NCBI GenBank assembly: GCA_040388415.1
Contig: JAZKBV010000001.1
Location: 74,369-138,368, forward strand
DNA length: 64,000 nt
From: Patescibacteria group bacterium
Lineage (GTDB): Bacteria > Patescibacteriota > Minisyncoccia > Phycocordibacterales > PALSA-1337
Reading direction: 5' to 3'
The notes below the pieces were generated by a model. The model ran no database searches. It saw only the letters and a program-made list of their open reading frames with translations, and was not told the origin of the DNA. The translations under genes and the position numbers were made by a program. Below, in pieces: positions 51,784 through 61,079 of this stretch; the first letter of the stretch is position 1; every line of letters starts with the position of its first letter.

Positions 51784-53482
51784 GCTCCGAAATCGAGCAC
51801 GCTTCGTCCTCATCGCCATCGCTGGCATAGCGCTGCTCATCATCGGTACTCTGTACAAGACACAGGTTATCAAAGGCCAGACATATGCCAATCGTGCTGA
51901 AGCTCAGTACTCTCGTCCCTCAATCTCTATCTTTGATCGTGGCTCTATTCTTTTCCAAACAAAAGAAGGTACCAATGTCGCGGCAGCTTCAATCGCGCGC
52001 GGATATTTTTTGTACCTCAATCCAAAGCTCGTTACGGACGTATCTCAAACGACCGAAGCATTGTCCCAATATGTCACGCTTGATCCAGGTACGTTGGCCA
52101 AAGGTCTCCGTTCTGACGGCTCATATGTCGAATTGACTCATAAGTTGGATAGCAAAGTCGCTGATTCAGTCAGAAGCCTCAAGCTTGCAGGCATCGGCGT
52201 CTCAGCCGAAGCGTGGCGCTCATATCCCGGAGGAACCCTTGCTGCGCACACCCTCGGCCTCATCGGGCAGAATGCGAGTAGTACGATCAAGGGCAGATAT
52301 GGCATCGAGCGATCGTACGATGATGTACTTACGCGTCCATCTCAGGGTGGGGCAGTCAACGTATTCGCAGATCTCTTTAGCGGTCTCGATTCAGTTTTTG
52401 GCACATCGAATGCATATGGCGACGTAGTGACAACCCTCGAGCCGACAGTAGAGACCTATCTTGAAAAAGTGTTGGCTGATACGTCGGCTGAATGGCATCC
52501 TGATTCTATCGGCGGCATTGTCATGGATCCGCAAACAGGGAGTATCGTGGCTCTGGCGTCATTACCGACATTCGATCCAAACGACCTTTCGCATATTTCA
52601 AATGTCTCAGTCCTCTCTGATCCGCTTGTTGAGCATGTATACGAGATGGGATCTATCTTGAAGCCGCTCACTATGGCTGTCGGCCTTGATACCGGCGCTG
52701 TCACGCGCAATTCTACCTATGACGATGTGGGCTGCATGACATTAAATCAAAAAAAGATCTGTAACTATGACGGCAAAGCGCGTGGCGTCATCCCTATGCA
52801 AGAGATTTTGAGCCAATCACTCAACATCGGCGCAGCGACGGTGGCGCTCAAAGTAGGCAAAGATAATATGTCGAAATATTTTTCAAGTTTTGGTTTGGGC
52901 ACAACTACCGGCATTGATCTACCAAATGAGGCAACGGGCATCATCGGCAACCTGACAAAAAAAGGCCAAGACATCGATGTTGCTACAGCATCATATGGTC
53001 AGGGCATTGCCGTGTCTCCAGTGGAGATGGCGCGTGCTCTTGCTATCCTCGCGAATGGAGGATATCTCGTCACTCCGCATGTGGTGCAGGAGATACAGTA
53101 TGTGGATGGCACAAAAAAAGTTTTGGATTGGCCAAAGCAAGGCCCTGTGCTCAAGCCTGAGACTGTCGATACAGTCGGCGATATGTTGCGCACGGTGGTT
53201 GATACGAAGCTCGCTAACGGTAAGCTCAAAATGGAGCACTATACGATAGCCGCAAAGACGGGTACAGCTGAGATCGCTGATCATGTGAACGGAGGATACT
53301 ATAAAGACAGATACCTCCACTCATTCTTCGGTTTTTTTCCGGTGAAGAATCCGAAATACATTATTTTTCTCTATCAAATATATCCAAAGGGGGCGCAGTA
53401 CGCGTCTGAGACGTTGGCTACACCATTCGATGATTTGGCAAAGTTTATGATAAACTATTATAGTGTTACGCCAGATAGGTAA
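51773..53482 (+). CDS. ftsI: Class B penicillin-binding protein (FtsI)
   Basis: RGSI, YEMGSILK (SxxK), SLN, KTGTA. Confidence 0.92.
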   Translation: MNSKLRNRARFVLIAIAGIALLIIGTLYKTQVIKGQTYANRAEAQYSRPSISIFDRGSILFQTKEGTNVAAASIARGYFLYLNPKLVTDVSQTTEALSQYVTLDPGTLAKGLRSDGSYVELTHKLDSKVADSVRSLKLAGIGVSAEAWRSYPGGTLAAHTLGLIGQNASSTIKGRYGIERSYDDVLTRPSQGGAVNVFADLFSGLDSVFGTSNAYGDVVTTLEPTVETYLEKVLADTSAEWHPDSIGGIVMDPQTGSIVALASLPTFDPNDLSHISNVSVLSDPLVEHVYEMGSILKPLTMAVGLDTGAVTRNSTYDDVGCMTLNQKKICNYDGKARGVIPMQEILSQSLNIGAATVALKVGKDNMSKYFSSFGLGTTTGIDLPNEATGIIGNLTKKGQDIDVATASYGQGIAVSPVEMARALAILANGGYLVTPHVVQEIQYVDGTKKVLDWPKQGPVLKPETVDTVGDMLRTVVDTKLANGKLKMEHYTIAAKTGTAEIADHVNGGYYKDRYLHSFFGFFPVKNPKYIIFLYQIYPKGAQYASETLATPFDDLAKFMINYYSVTPDR

Positions 53483-53489
53483 GTTTATT

Positions 53490-53602
53490 ACACAAACCAA
53501 GAACATGTTTCTTCGAGCACGGATATTTTCTTGCTAGAAAATTCCTCGTGTTCGCGCCGACGCGCTCACAAGGCTCTCAGTAAACATGTTCTTAGTTTGT
53601 GT
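53490..53602. repeat. 113-bp element with 21-bp terminal inverted repeats and an internal hairpin
   Basis: ACACAAACCAAGAACATGTTT ... AAACATGTTCTTAGTTTGTGT (1 mismatch). Confidence 0.75.
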
Positions 53603-53641
53603 TTACTAATTCACGTTTTCTGGTTACTATGTATAAACGTT

Positions 53642-54952
53642 ATGAATTTTCTCAAACAAACGATTATCTGGATATTGACCATCGAATCACGTCTGATTCT
53701 TAAGAAATACAAACCTTTTATCATCGCAGTGACAGGTAGTGTCGGTAAGACGGCTACCAAAGATGCGATTTTTTGCGCCCTCAAATCATCGGGTCATGTA
53801 CGCAAAAGCGACAAGAGCTTTAATAGTGAATTTGGTCTGCCTCTCACTATTATTGGCGTGCCGACAGCGTGGAGAAGCATGTCAGGCTGGATCTCAAATA
53901 TCCAAGCGGGCGCATCACTCATTTTTAAAAAGTCTGAATACCCAAGCACGCTTATTTTGGAAATCGGCGCAGATCATCCAAATGATATTAAAAAGGTGGT
54001 CAAATGGTTGCGTCCTGATATCACTGTCATCACTAAGGTGGGCGACAAGCCAGTGCATGTGGAGTTCTTCGATTCACCCGCACAAGTCTTTGAAGAAAAG
54101 TCATCATTGGTGCGTGCCGTCAAACCAGGTGGCTCAGTAGTGCTTTTTGCTGATGAACCAAAGATAGTGGCTCTCGGTGAGGAGCTTAAAACGAAAGGTG
54201 TTTTTGTGGATACATTCGGTTTCGCTGAAAATTCAACCGTGAAGGGATCAGAATACGCGCCACTTTATGAAATGGTTAATGGGGTGCGAGTACCAGTCGG
54301 TTTTACATTCGCATTGACTGTTGGTTCAGAAAAGAGGCTTATCACGGTTAAAAAAGTGATCGGTCAGACCTTTATGTATCCATTGCTCGCTGCGGTTGCT
54401 GTAGCGCAGGTTCGTAAGATTGATCTGAATGTAGCGATTGAAAATATACATACGTATGAGGCACCAAAGGGCCGTATGAATATCATTGCAGGCAAAAATG
54501 GCGCGACGCTCATCGATGATACATATAACTCTTCGCCTGACGCTGTCTTTGCTGCTCTTGATACGCTCAGTGGTTTGCAGTGTTCAGGAAAAAAGATCGC
54601 AGTGCTCGGCGATATGATGGAGCTCGGTCAGTATTCGGCCGAAGAGCATCGTGCTGTTGGCAAGAAAGTTGTTGGTATCGCAGATATGCTCGTAGCAGTT
54701 GGTCCTCGCGCAAAAACTTTGATGGAGGAAGCGCTTGCGAGTGGTATGAAGTCTAATGCAGTCATATGGTATCCATCATCGACTGATGCTGGTGAAAGCT
54801 TGGCTGGTTCGCTCGGAGCAGGGGATATTGTCCTCATAAAAGGTTCGCAGTCGCCACGTCTCGAGCGAGTGACCAAGGCCCTCATGGCAGATCCGACTCA
54901 AGCAGAAGCTCTCCTTGTGCGACAAGAGAAAGAGTGGCTTGAAAAGAAATAA
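53642..54952 (+). CDS. murF: UDP-MurNAc-tripeptide--D-Ala-D-Ala ligase
   Basis: AVTGSVGKT, FNSEFGLPLT, IDDTYNSSP, VLGDMMELG, IKGSQ. Confidence 0.93.
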   Translation: MNFLKQTIIWILTIESRLILKKYKPFIIAVTGSVGKTATKDAIFCALKSSGHVRKSDKSFNSEFGLPLTIIGVPTAWRSMSGWISNIQAGASLIFKKSEYPSTLILEIGADHPNDIKKVVKWLRPDITVITKVGDKPVHVEFFDSPAQVFEEKSSLVRAVKPGGSVVLFADEPKIVALGEELKTKGVFVDTFGFAENSTVKGSEYAPLYEMVNGVRVPVGFTFALTVGSEKRLITVKKVIGQTFMYPLLAAVAVAQVRKIDLNVAIENIHTYEAPKGRMNIIAGKNGATLIDDTYNSSPDAVFAALDTLSGLQCSGKKIAVLGDMMELGQYSAEEHRAVGKKVVGIADMLVAVGPRAKTLMEEALASGMKSNAVIWYPSSTDAGESLAGSLGAGDIVLIKGSQSPRLERVTKALMADPTQAEALLVRQEKEWLEKK

Positions 54953-55021
54953 AACCGCCCGTAAAAAGTGCAAAGTACAGAAAAGTGTGTTAATATTTTT
55001 CTGCTCAAGTCTAAAAGCTTC

Positions 55022-55093
55022 GGCCCTATCGTCTATCGGCTAGGACACCGCCTTCTCAAGGCAGTAAGCAGGGTTCGACTCCCTGTAGGGTCA
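55022..55093 (+). tRNA. tRNA-Glu(CTC)
   Basis: GGCCCTA/TAGGGTC acceptor, loop TTCTCAA, GGTTCGACTCC. Confidence 0.93.
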
Positions 55094-55249
55094 CACGACC
55101 AAAATGCGCTGGATATATTCCAGCGCATTTTGCGTCGCAGGTGATCGCTAAATGCGAGAGTCGAAAGCCGGAGCGAGCGAAGGCGAGTGAGGCGGGGTCG
55201 CGGGTCGAGCCAGCAGGCGAGAACCTGTGACCGTCCCTGTAGGGTCACA
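55080..55249. mobile_element. Small structured element at the tRNA-Glu 3' end flanked by a 16-bp direct repeat
   Basis: TCCCTGTAGGGTCACA at 55080-55095 and 55234-55249; GC-rich hairpins in between. Confidence 0.65.
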
Positions 55250-55427
55250 ACGAACGAAGTGAGTACCGCGCGAAGGAAGACTGTACTGAAGCTGTAAGCT
55301 TCGACTCCCAGCAAATCTTCAAACTTATCCACTTTGTAGCATATCCTCTCATAAATGGAGGAGTATACTTACAGTAGAAAACGTTATAGGAATAATCCTG
55401 TAACACAAGCGAAAGCGAAGGTGTTCT

Positions 55428-56252
55428 ATGAAAACTAGTATCGCCCCTCAAGTTCCATCCGGTGTCGAATTGGTCGCATTCGCTGCTACGCAGGTGCTCG
55501 CTTTGGATTACAACCCCGAAGCGCTTGCGCAGGCTGAGCAGAAGAAAAAGAGCCTCGTTCGTTTCAAGCGCAACCTACTGCCGATCGAAAATCCTGATCC
55601 TGTTGAAAATCAACTCGGTCAGATTCTCGAAACTACCAGCAAGATGCGTTCACAGCAGGTCATCACACGGGTGTTCGAAGGCAAGTTTCAGCTTCTCGAT
55701 CCATCCGTGTTTGATATCCGCGACGCCCAAGGCATGCCGCGATTGATGCCGTTCAAGGTTTCAGTGCCACAGTCAGGTTTTATTTACCGGACAGAGGAAA
55801 CAACGGATTTTACCGGGTCTCGTATCCGTAACAGTCAGCAAGTCCGTTGCGGTATGTTCCCGAACTTTCCGGTTCATATCACCGAGCACTACCTCGATAT
55901 CATTGAACGGGTGAAAATCCGTGGCCAGCATCATGTGGGCAACGCTCGTCTCAAGGTTCCAGTCTTCACGACACAAAATGTGGAGCTCAAGCTGATTACC
56001 CGCTTCGGGGGTTACATTCCGGAGGAGGTCAAATGGGAAATGGTTCATGCGTGGACATCGCGCCTCTTTCAGGAACTGTTTATTGTTTCAGAAGTTTGCG
56101 ACTGGCAGGAAAATCTGGTTGTTGAATCACGCCAGGGCGACCCGCTCGTTGTCGGCTATGACGGTTATCAATTCTGGCTTATCGCCGCATTTGATACCAC
56201 GACGCTCGAACAAGCTGTGCAGGATGAATTCTGCACCAAAGTTGGCAATTGA
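55428..56252 (+). CDS. Hypothetical orphan protein
   Basis: 274-aa ORF with SD-like GAAGG and its own terminator; DPLVVG..W.IAAFD C-terminal block. Confidence 0.65.
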   Translation: MKTSIAPQVPSGVELVAFAATQVLALDYNPEALAQAEQKKKSLVRFKRNLLPIENPDPVENQLGQILETTSKMRSQQVITRVFEGKFQLLDPSVFDIRDAQGMPRLMPFKVSVPQSGFIYRTEETTDFTGSRIRNSQQVRCGMFPNFPVHITEHYLDIIERVKIRGQHHVGNARLKVPVFTTQNVELKLITRFGGYIPEEVKWEMVHAWTSRLFQELFIVSEVCDWQENLVVESRQGDPLVVGYDGYQFWLIAAFDTTTLEQAVQDEFCTKVGN

Positions 56253-56266
56253 ATCATTACAACATC

Positions 56267-56294
56267 AAAGCTCTGCAGCAATGCAGAGCTTTTT
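56267..56294 (+). terminator. Terminator
   Basis: AAAGCTCTGCA-GCAA-TGCAGAGCTTTTT. Confidence 0.8.
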
Positions 56295-56357
56295 AATTTC
56301 CCTCCTGTTTCTGAGCTGGTCTAACGGTTCTCTACAATACTTTGTTATACTTATTTC

Positions 56358-56891
56358 ATGAATCCCTGGAAGCTAGCCACTGCAATCATCATAAGTCTCT
56401 ACTACGCCTACTACCTCAACGCAGATCCATCTCACACCTACGCTACCTGGAATATCATCGATAGCCTTGACCTCGTCATCCATGAAGCAGGACACTTCAT
56501 CTTCATGTTCTTTGGGCAATTCATGCACGTGCTCGGCGGTTCACTCACTCAAATTCTATTACCAGTCATTTTTGTGGGCTACTTCTTCCTTCGTCGAGAA
56601 TATTTTTCAGCATCGCTCCTCTTGTTCTGGGTTGGACAAAATATCATCAATGTTTCTATTTACCTCGGCGATTCTGTCCTACAACAACTACCTCTCCTCG
56701 GTGGTGATGGGGTCATGCATGATTGGAACTACCTTTTGTCGACCACTGGTCTGCTCGGACAAACAAATGTTTTATTCCATATGAGCTACGGCATCGGCGT
56801 TTTGACGCTCATTTGTGCGGGTGCCTCGAGTGTCTGGTTTTCCCTTGGTGCTACAGCGCAAGGGAAGGTGCGTGCTATACTCACATCATGA
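56358..56891 (+). CDS. Membrane protein with HExxH motif (M50-like)
   Basis: IHEAGH..GG...Q..P, LPLLGG..HDWNYLL. Confidence 0.7.
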   Translation: MNPWKLATAIIISLYYAYYLNADPSHTYATWNIIDSLDLVIHEAGHFIFMFFGQFMHVLGGSLTQILLPVIFVGYFFLRREYFSASLLLFWVGQNIINVSIYLGDSVLQQLPLLGGDGVMHDWNYLLSTTGLLGQTNVLFHMSYGIGVLTLICAGASSVWFSLGATAQGKVRAILTS

Positions 56892-57070
56892 TAATCCTTC
56901 CCATCATCACTCTCATCCTTAGTTTGATCGGCCTCGGCTGGTCTGTATTCATCATAGTATCTATGATGTTCAATGGCGATGGTAATCTCGTATTATTTAT
57001 TCCATTTATTTTCTTTACAGCTCTGACTATCTATAGTCTGAAATGGCTCAAAAAAGCACGTAATAAATAG
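56888..57070 (+). CDS. Small two-TM protein
   Basis: ATG after TATACT; two hydrophobic helices, basic tail. Confidence 0.55.
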   Translation: MIILPIITLILSLIGLGWSVFIIVSMMFNGDGNLVLFIPFIFFTALTIYSLKWLKKARNK

Positions 57071-57074
57071 ACGC

Positions 57075-57395
57075 CTAAAGCTCACCCCTAATAAATTTTT
57101 CCATCTCACCTTCAGGCAAATCGAGCGCGTGCTTAGTCGAAGCAAAATCAAATGTGCTCTTGCGAGGGTTGGTGAAGACGTGAAATAGTTTGGTCTGTTT
57201 GACGACATCACGACCGTATTTTTTGTCCATAATGCTCAAGAAAGCAGTTATCTTTTCATGTGCTGGCACGAGATTTGCGCCACTCATTTTTTCGATGACG
57301 ATCTCACGAAGCTTGGCAATAGTATCAGCCTCTAACTGTTGCTCAGGATTTTGAGTAGCATCTTCAATAAAAGGATTGTGTTCATGTGATTCCAT
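57075..57395 (-). CDS. Hypothetical protein
   Basis: TATACT-GGAGG upstream of ATG 57395. Confidence 0.5.
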   Translation of the reverse strand: MESHEHNPFIEDATQNPEQQLEADTIAKLREIVIEKMSGANLVPAHEKITAFLSIMDKKYGRDVVKQTKLFHVFTNPRKSTFDFASTKHALDLPEGEMEKFIRGEL

Positions 57396-57476
57396 GCCTC
57401 CAGTATACCTCAATGTAAGAAAATCGTCCTTCATCCGTCAATTGCCACTGAGTGGTGTCCTACTCAATTCATAGAC

Positions 57477-58010
57477 ATGAAAACCATCATATACAACCGC
57501 ATAGCCACATTTTGTGCGGTAGCGGTCAGCACCGCGGTTTTCGTGTTGCTACTTTTGTCGATCAGTACGCCTCACCAAGCTGAAGCACAGACATCCAACT
57601 ATTATGGGGGAAATTATAACAATCAATATCAGCAGCCATACTGGTGGTATTGGCGCTGGCCATACTATCAACCTCCATACCAACAGCCGCCTCAGTACGC
57701 ACCGCTCCGTATCTCATGTTCGCCAAATACTTCAAATGTGATGGTTGGTGCATCAGTCCAATGGCGCGCCTATCCATCTGGCGGCACAGGATCATATTCA
57801 TACTCATGGAGCGGTGAAGGCATATACAGCGAATCAAATTCAAGTAATGCCGTTGCGTACTATTCATATCCTGGTTCAAAGTATGCGTACGTGACGGTCA
57901 CCTCGGGAAATCAGGTTGCCTCAGCGTATTGTGGCAATGTGTATGTTCAGCAACCGTATATACAACCTTACCCATATCCGTACCCGTATCCCTATCCGCG
58001 TCCGTGGTAG
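57477..58010 (+). CDS. Secreted Tyr/Pro/Gln-rich protein with PKD/Ig-like module
   Basis: Signal/TM, SCS..V.W.A..SGG.G.YSYSWSG, (YP)n tail. Confidence 0.65.
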   Translation: MKTIIYNRIATFCAVAVSTAVFVLLLLSISTPHQAEAQTSNYYGGNYNNQYQQPYWWYWRWPYYQPPYQQPPQYAPLRISCSPNTSNVMVGASVQWRAYPSGGTGSYSYSWSGEGIYSESNSSNAVAYYSYPGSKYAYVTVTSGNQVASAYCGNVYVQQPYIQPYPYPYPYPYPRPW

Positions 58011-58064
58011 ATAAGCGCGTCGAAATAGTTCCTATTCTAGCCTATTTCTGTTACTATTTCACTC

Positions 58065-60320
58065 ATGAACGAAAAGTCACTCATATCAGAGAAATTCCTC
58101 AAGCCCTACAATCCTGCTGAAACCGAATCTCGCATATATGAGATGTGGGAAAAGAGCGGCTATTTCAATCCCGACAAACTCCCTGAACGCCAGCAGAGGG
58201 GCGAGCCTTTTTCTATCGTCTTGCCACCACCAAATGTGACTGGAACTCTCCATATGGGTCATGCTGCCATGCTTGCTATCGAAGACATTATGATCCGCTA
58301 CAAGCGCATGCAAGGATTCAAGACCTTATGGCTGCCAGGCACTGACCATGCCGCTATCGCTACGCAGTCAAAAGTCGAAAAGGAAATAGAAAAAAAAGAA
58401 GGCAAGCGTCGTCACGATCTCGGCCGTGAAGAATTTTTGAAGCGCGTCGATGCGTTCGCGAAAGAGAGCCATGACACTATCGTCAACCAAGTTCGCAAGA
58501 TGGGGGCATCGATCGATTGGTCGCGCGAAGCATTTACCCTCGATGTGCAGAGAACCATTGCTGTTCGTACTGCATTCAAAACCATGCATGATCTCGGCCT
58601 CATCTACCGTGGTTCAAAAGTCATCAATTGGGATCCAAAAGGTCAAACCACCATCTCTGATGATGAAATAGTCTATGAGACCAGAAAGGCAAAGCTTTAC
58701 ACTTTTAAATATTCAAAGGATATACCTATCACTATCTCAACGACTCGTCCTGAGACCAAGCTTGGCGATACTGCTATAGCGGTCCATCCTGATGATGCGC
58801 GCTATCAGCAGTACATCGGTAAAGAGTTTGATGCGGTTTTTGCGGGCGAGCCAATCCATCTCCGCGTCATAGCTGATACAGCCGTCGAACCAGAGTTTGG
58901 TACAGGTGCACTCGGCGTCACTCCTGCACATAGTGCTATCGACTGGGATATGGCGCAGAGACATGATTTGCCGCTCAAGCAAGTCATCGATGAATTCACC
59001 AAGATGACGGCAGGCAATGAGTCTGTTAAAGGCAAAAAAGTGGGCGAAGCGCGCACTGCTGTCGTTGAATGGCTCAAGTCAGAAGGCCTCCTCGAAAAAG
59101 AAGAGGACATCGAACAAAACGTCGCCACTGCTGAACGTACAGGCGCTGTCATCGAACCGTTGCCGAAGCTTCAGTGGTTCATTGCCGTGAACAAGAAGTT
59201 TGCGATTCCACACTCAAATATTCCTGGTATCGCTTCAGGGTCTGAAACGACATTAAAAGAAATAATGCTCAAGGCAGTTAAGAGTGAAGAAACTAATCCT
59301 GGGGGCAGTATTGAGATCATTCCTGAGCGTTTCGAACGGGTGTATTTCAACTGGATCAATAATCTGCGTGACTGGTGCATCTCACGACAGATCTGGTATG
59401 GGCACCGCATACCGGTGTGGTACAAAGGCTCAGAAATTTTTGTTGGACTTGAAGCACCTACTGGTGATGGCTGGGAACAGGATTCTGATACGCTTGATAC
59501 GTGGTTCTCATCAGGTCTCTGGACATTTTCGACGCTTGGCTGGCCAGAAAAGACCGTTGACCTCAAGACATTCCATCCAACGAGTGTTCTCGAAACTGGC
59601 TATGACATCATCTTTTTCTGGGTAGCGCGCATGATCCTCATGACCGGATGTCTCGTCGGCGAAGTACCATTTAAGACCGTATATCTCCACGGGCTTGTTC
59701 GTGATGGAAAAGGAAAGAAGATGTCCAAGTCGCTCGGCAATATCATCGACCCGCTCGATATGATTGAAAAATATGGCGCTGATGCGACACGTCTCTCGCT
59801 TATCATCGGTACTGGTCCAGGCAATGACTCGAAGCTTTCTGAAGATAAAGTAAAAGGATATAAGAATTTCGGTAATAAAATCTGGAACATCACCCGCTTC
59901 ATCCTCTCATCCGCTGCAGGGGAACGCTACGGTCTTACATCTGTTGAAAAAATCGAATACGACCCACATTTCAAAGCGTGGACTCCTGCAGAGTCTGCAT
60001 ATCTCAAGCAGCTCAATGATCTCGTGGCTGAAATCACTAAAGAAATGGAAGAGTATAAGTTCTACCTCGTAGGAGAAAAGCTCTATCAATACGCATGGCA
60101 TGAGCTCGCTGATAAGATCCTCGAAGAGAGTAAGCCTATCCTGAATGGCGAGGACAAGGCAGTTCGCACTGCCCGAGTTCAGTTCTTGTTGCACGCCTTG
60201 AATACTATGCTTCGTGCTCTTCACCCGTTTATGCCGTATGTTACTGAGGAAATCTGGCAAGATATCAACAGGGGCGAGTCAATGCTCATTGTTGAGGAGT
60301 GGCCAAAGGTACAAGAGTAA
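58065..60320 (+). CDS. valS: Valine--tRNA ligase
   Basis: PPPNVTGTLHMGH, PGTDHA.IATQ, DWCISRQIW.GH, KMSKS. Confidence 0.96.
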   Translation: MNEKSLISEKFLKPYNPAETESRIYEMWEKSGYFNPDKLPERQQRGEPFSIVLPPPNVTGTLHMGHAAMLAIEDIMIRYKRMQGFKTLWLPGTDHAAIATQSKVEKEIEKKEGKRRHDLGREEFLKRVDAFAKESHDTIVNQVRKMGASIDWSREAFTLDVQRTIAVRTAFKTMHDLGLIYRGSKVINWDPKGQTTISDDEIVYETRKAKLYTFKYSKDIPITISTTRPETKLGDTAIAVHPDDARYQQYIGKEFDAVFAGEPIHLRVIADTAVEPEFGTGALGVTPAHSAIDWDMAQRHDLPLKQVIDEFTKMTAGNESVKGKKVGEARTAVVEWLKSEGLLEKEEDIEQNVATAERTGAVIEPLPKLQWFIAVNKKFAIPHSNIPGIASGSETTLKEIMLKAVKSEETNPGGSIEIIPERFERVYFNWINNLRDWCISRQIWYGHRIPVWYKGSEIFVGLEAPTGDGWEQDSDTLDTWFSSGLWTFSTLGWPEKTVDLKTFHPTSVLETGYDIIFFWVARMILMTGCLVGEVPFKTVYLHGLVRDGKGKKMSKSLGNIIDPLDMIEKYGADATRLSLIIGTGPGNDSKLSEDKVKGYKNFGNKIWNITRFILSSAAGERYGLTSVEKIEYDPHFKAWTPAESAYLKQLNDLVAEITKEMEEYKFYLVGEKLYQYAWHELADKILEESKPILNGEDKAVRTARVQFLLHALNTMLRALHPFMPYVTEEIWQDINRGESMLIVEEWPKVQE

Positions 60321-60380
60321 ATTTTCACTGTTTCTTGAGAACTTTTTGATTGGTTCTTCATTACGCTTTGCTAGGATTAT

Positions 60381-60881
60381 TTGGTGAAATTATATCAAGA
60401 TAATCATGCGTATATTGATGGGGCCAATCTGCACCGTGGCACACGGAGTTATGGGTGGATTTTGGATTACGGACGTTTACGTATCTGGCTCAAAGAAAAG
60501 CATTCAGTTACATGCGCATACATATTTATTGGGTATGCTCCAAAATATAATCATATTTACGAGCAACTAAAGGATGCTGGGTTCATTCTGTTATTTAAAG
60601 AAACTGTCATTGGTGCAACTGGTCAGATTAAAGGCAATTGTGATGCTGATCTCGTGTTACGAGTTGTCCGAGATACATATGAAGAAAAGTACGATGAAGC
60701 CGTCATTGTCTCAAGCGATGGTGATTTTGCGGGCCTAATAAAATTTCTTAGTAATAGAAAAAGATTTAAAATAGTGATATCTCCGCATGACACATGTTCG
60801 GTACTTATCAGGCAGATGCATCTACCACTTGTATACCTAAATGATATACGTAGTTTAGTTGAAATGAGGTTAAAAATATAG
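60381..60881 (+). CDS. NYN/LabA (DUF88) PIN-like ribonuclease
   Basis: AYIDGANL, KGNCDADL, IVSSDGDF. Confidence 0.88.
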   Translation: MVKLYQDNHAYIDGANLHRGTRSYGWILDYGRLRIWLKEKHSVTCAYIFIGYAPKYNHIYEQLKDAGFILLFKETVIGATGQIKGNCDADLVLRVVRDTYEEKYDEAVIVSSDGDFAGLIKFLSNRKRFKIVISPHDTCSVLIRQMHLPLVYLNDIRSLVEMRLKI

Positions 60882-60932
60882 AAAAATCCCCCGGTGAGGA
60901 CGAGACCTCACAAGGGTTTCTTTCATGTGTAT
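60882..60932 (-). ncRNA. Putative small hairpin RNA convergent with the NYN gene
   Basis: Minus-strand TTGACG-16-TAAACT (60966-60939) followed by a CCC..GTGAGG/CCTCAC..GGG hairpin and U-tract. Confidence 0.5.
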
Positions 60933-60991
60933 GCCTATAGTTTATCAAAATATTATTTTGCGTCAAGAGCCATATAATATCTCGCGTATCT

Positions 60992-61000
60992 TTATCCACA
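60992..61000 (+). promoter_or_regulatory. DnaA box
   Basis: Perfect TTATCCACA. Confidence 0.45.
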
Positions 61001-61079
61001 ACTACGAAATATTGCTTCAATCGAGCTCCTTGTAAATGGGGTATAATACAGAGGTACTTATTATCTCTTTATTAAACTC

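Noticed and set aside
53531-53641. N-terminal extension of MurF
   Set aside because: It runs through the palindromic element from a TTG; ATG 53642 follows a -10-like TACTAT.
55033-55451. Minus-strand ORFs over tRNA-Glu and its repeat element
   Set aside because: They are antisense to a tRNA and GC-rich hairpins, with no protein-like features.
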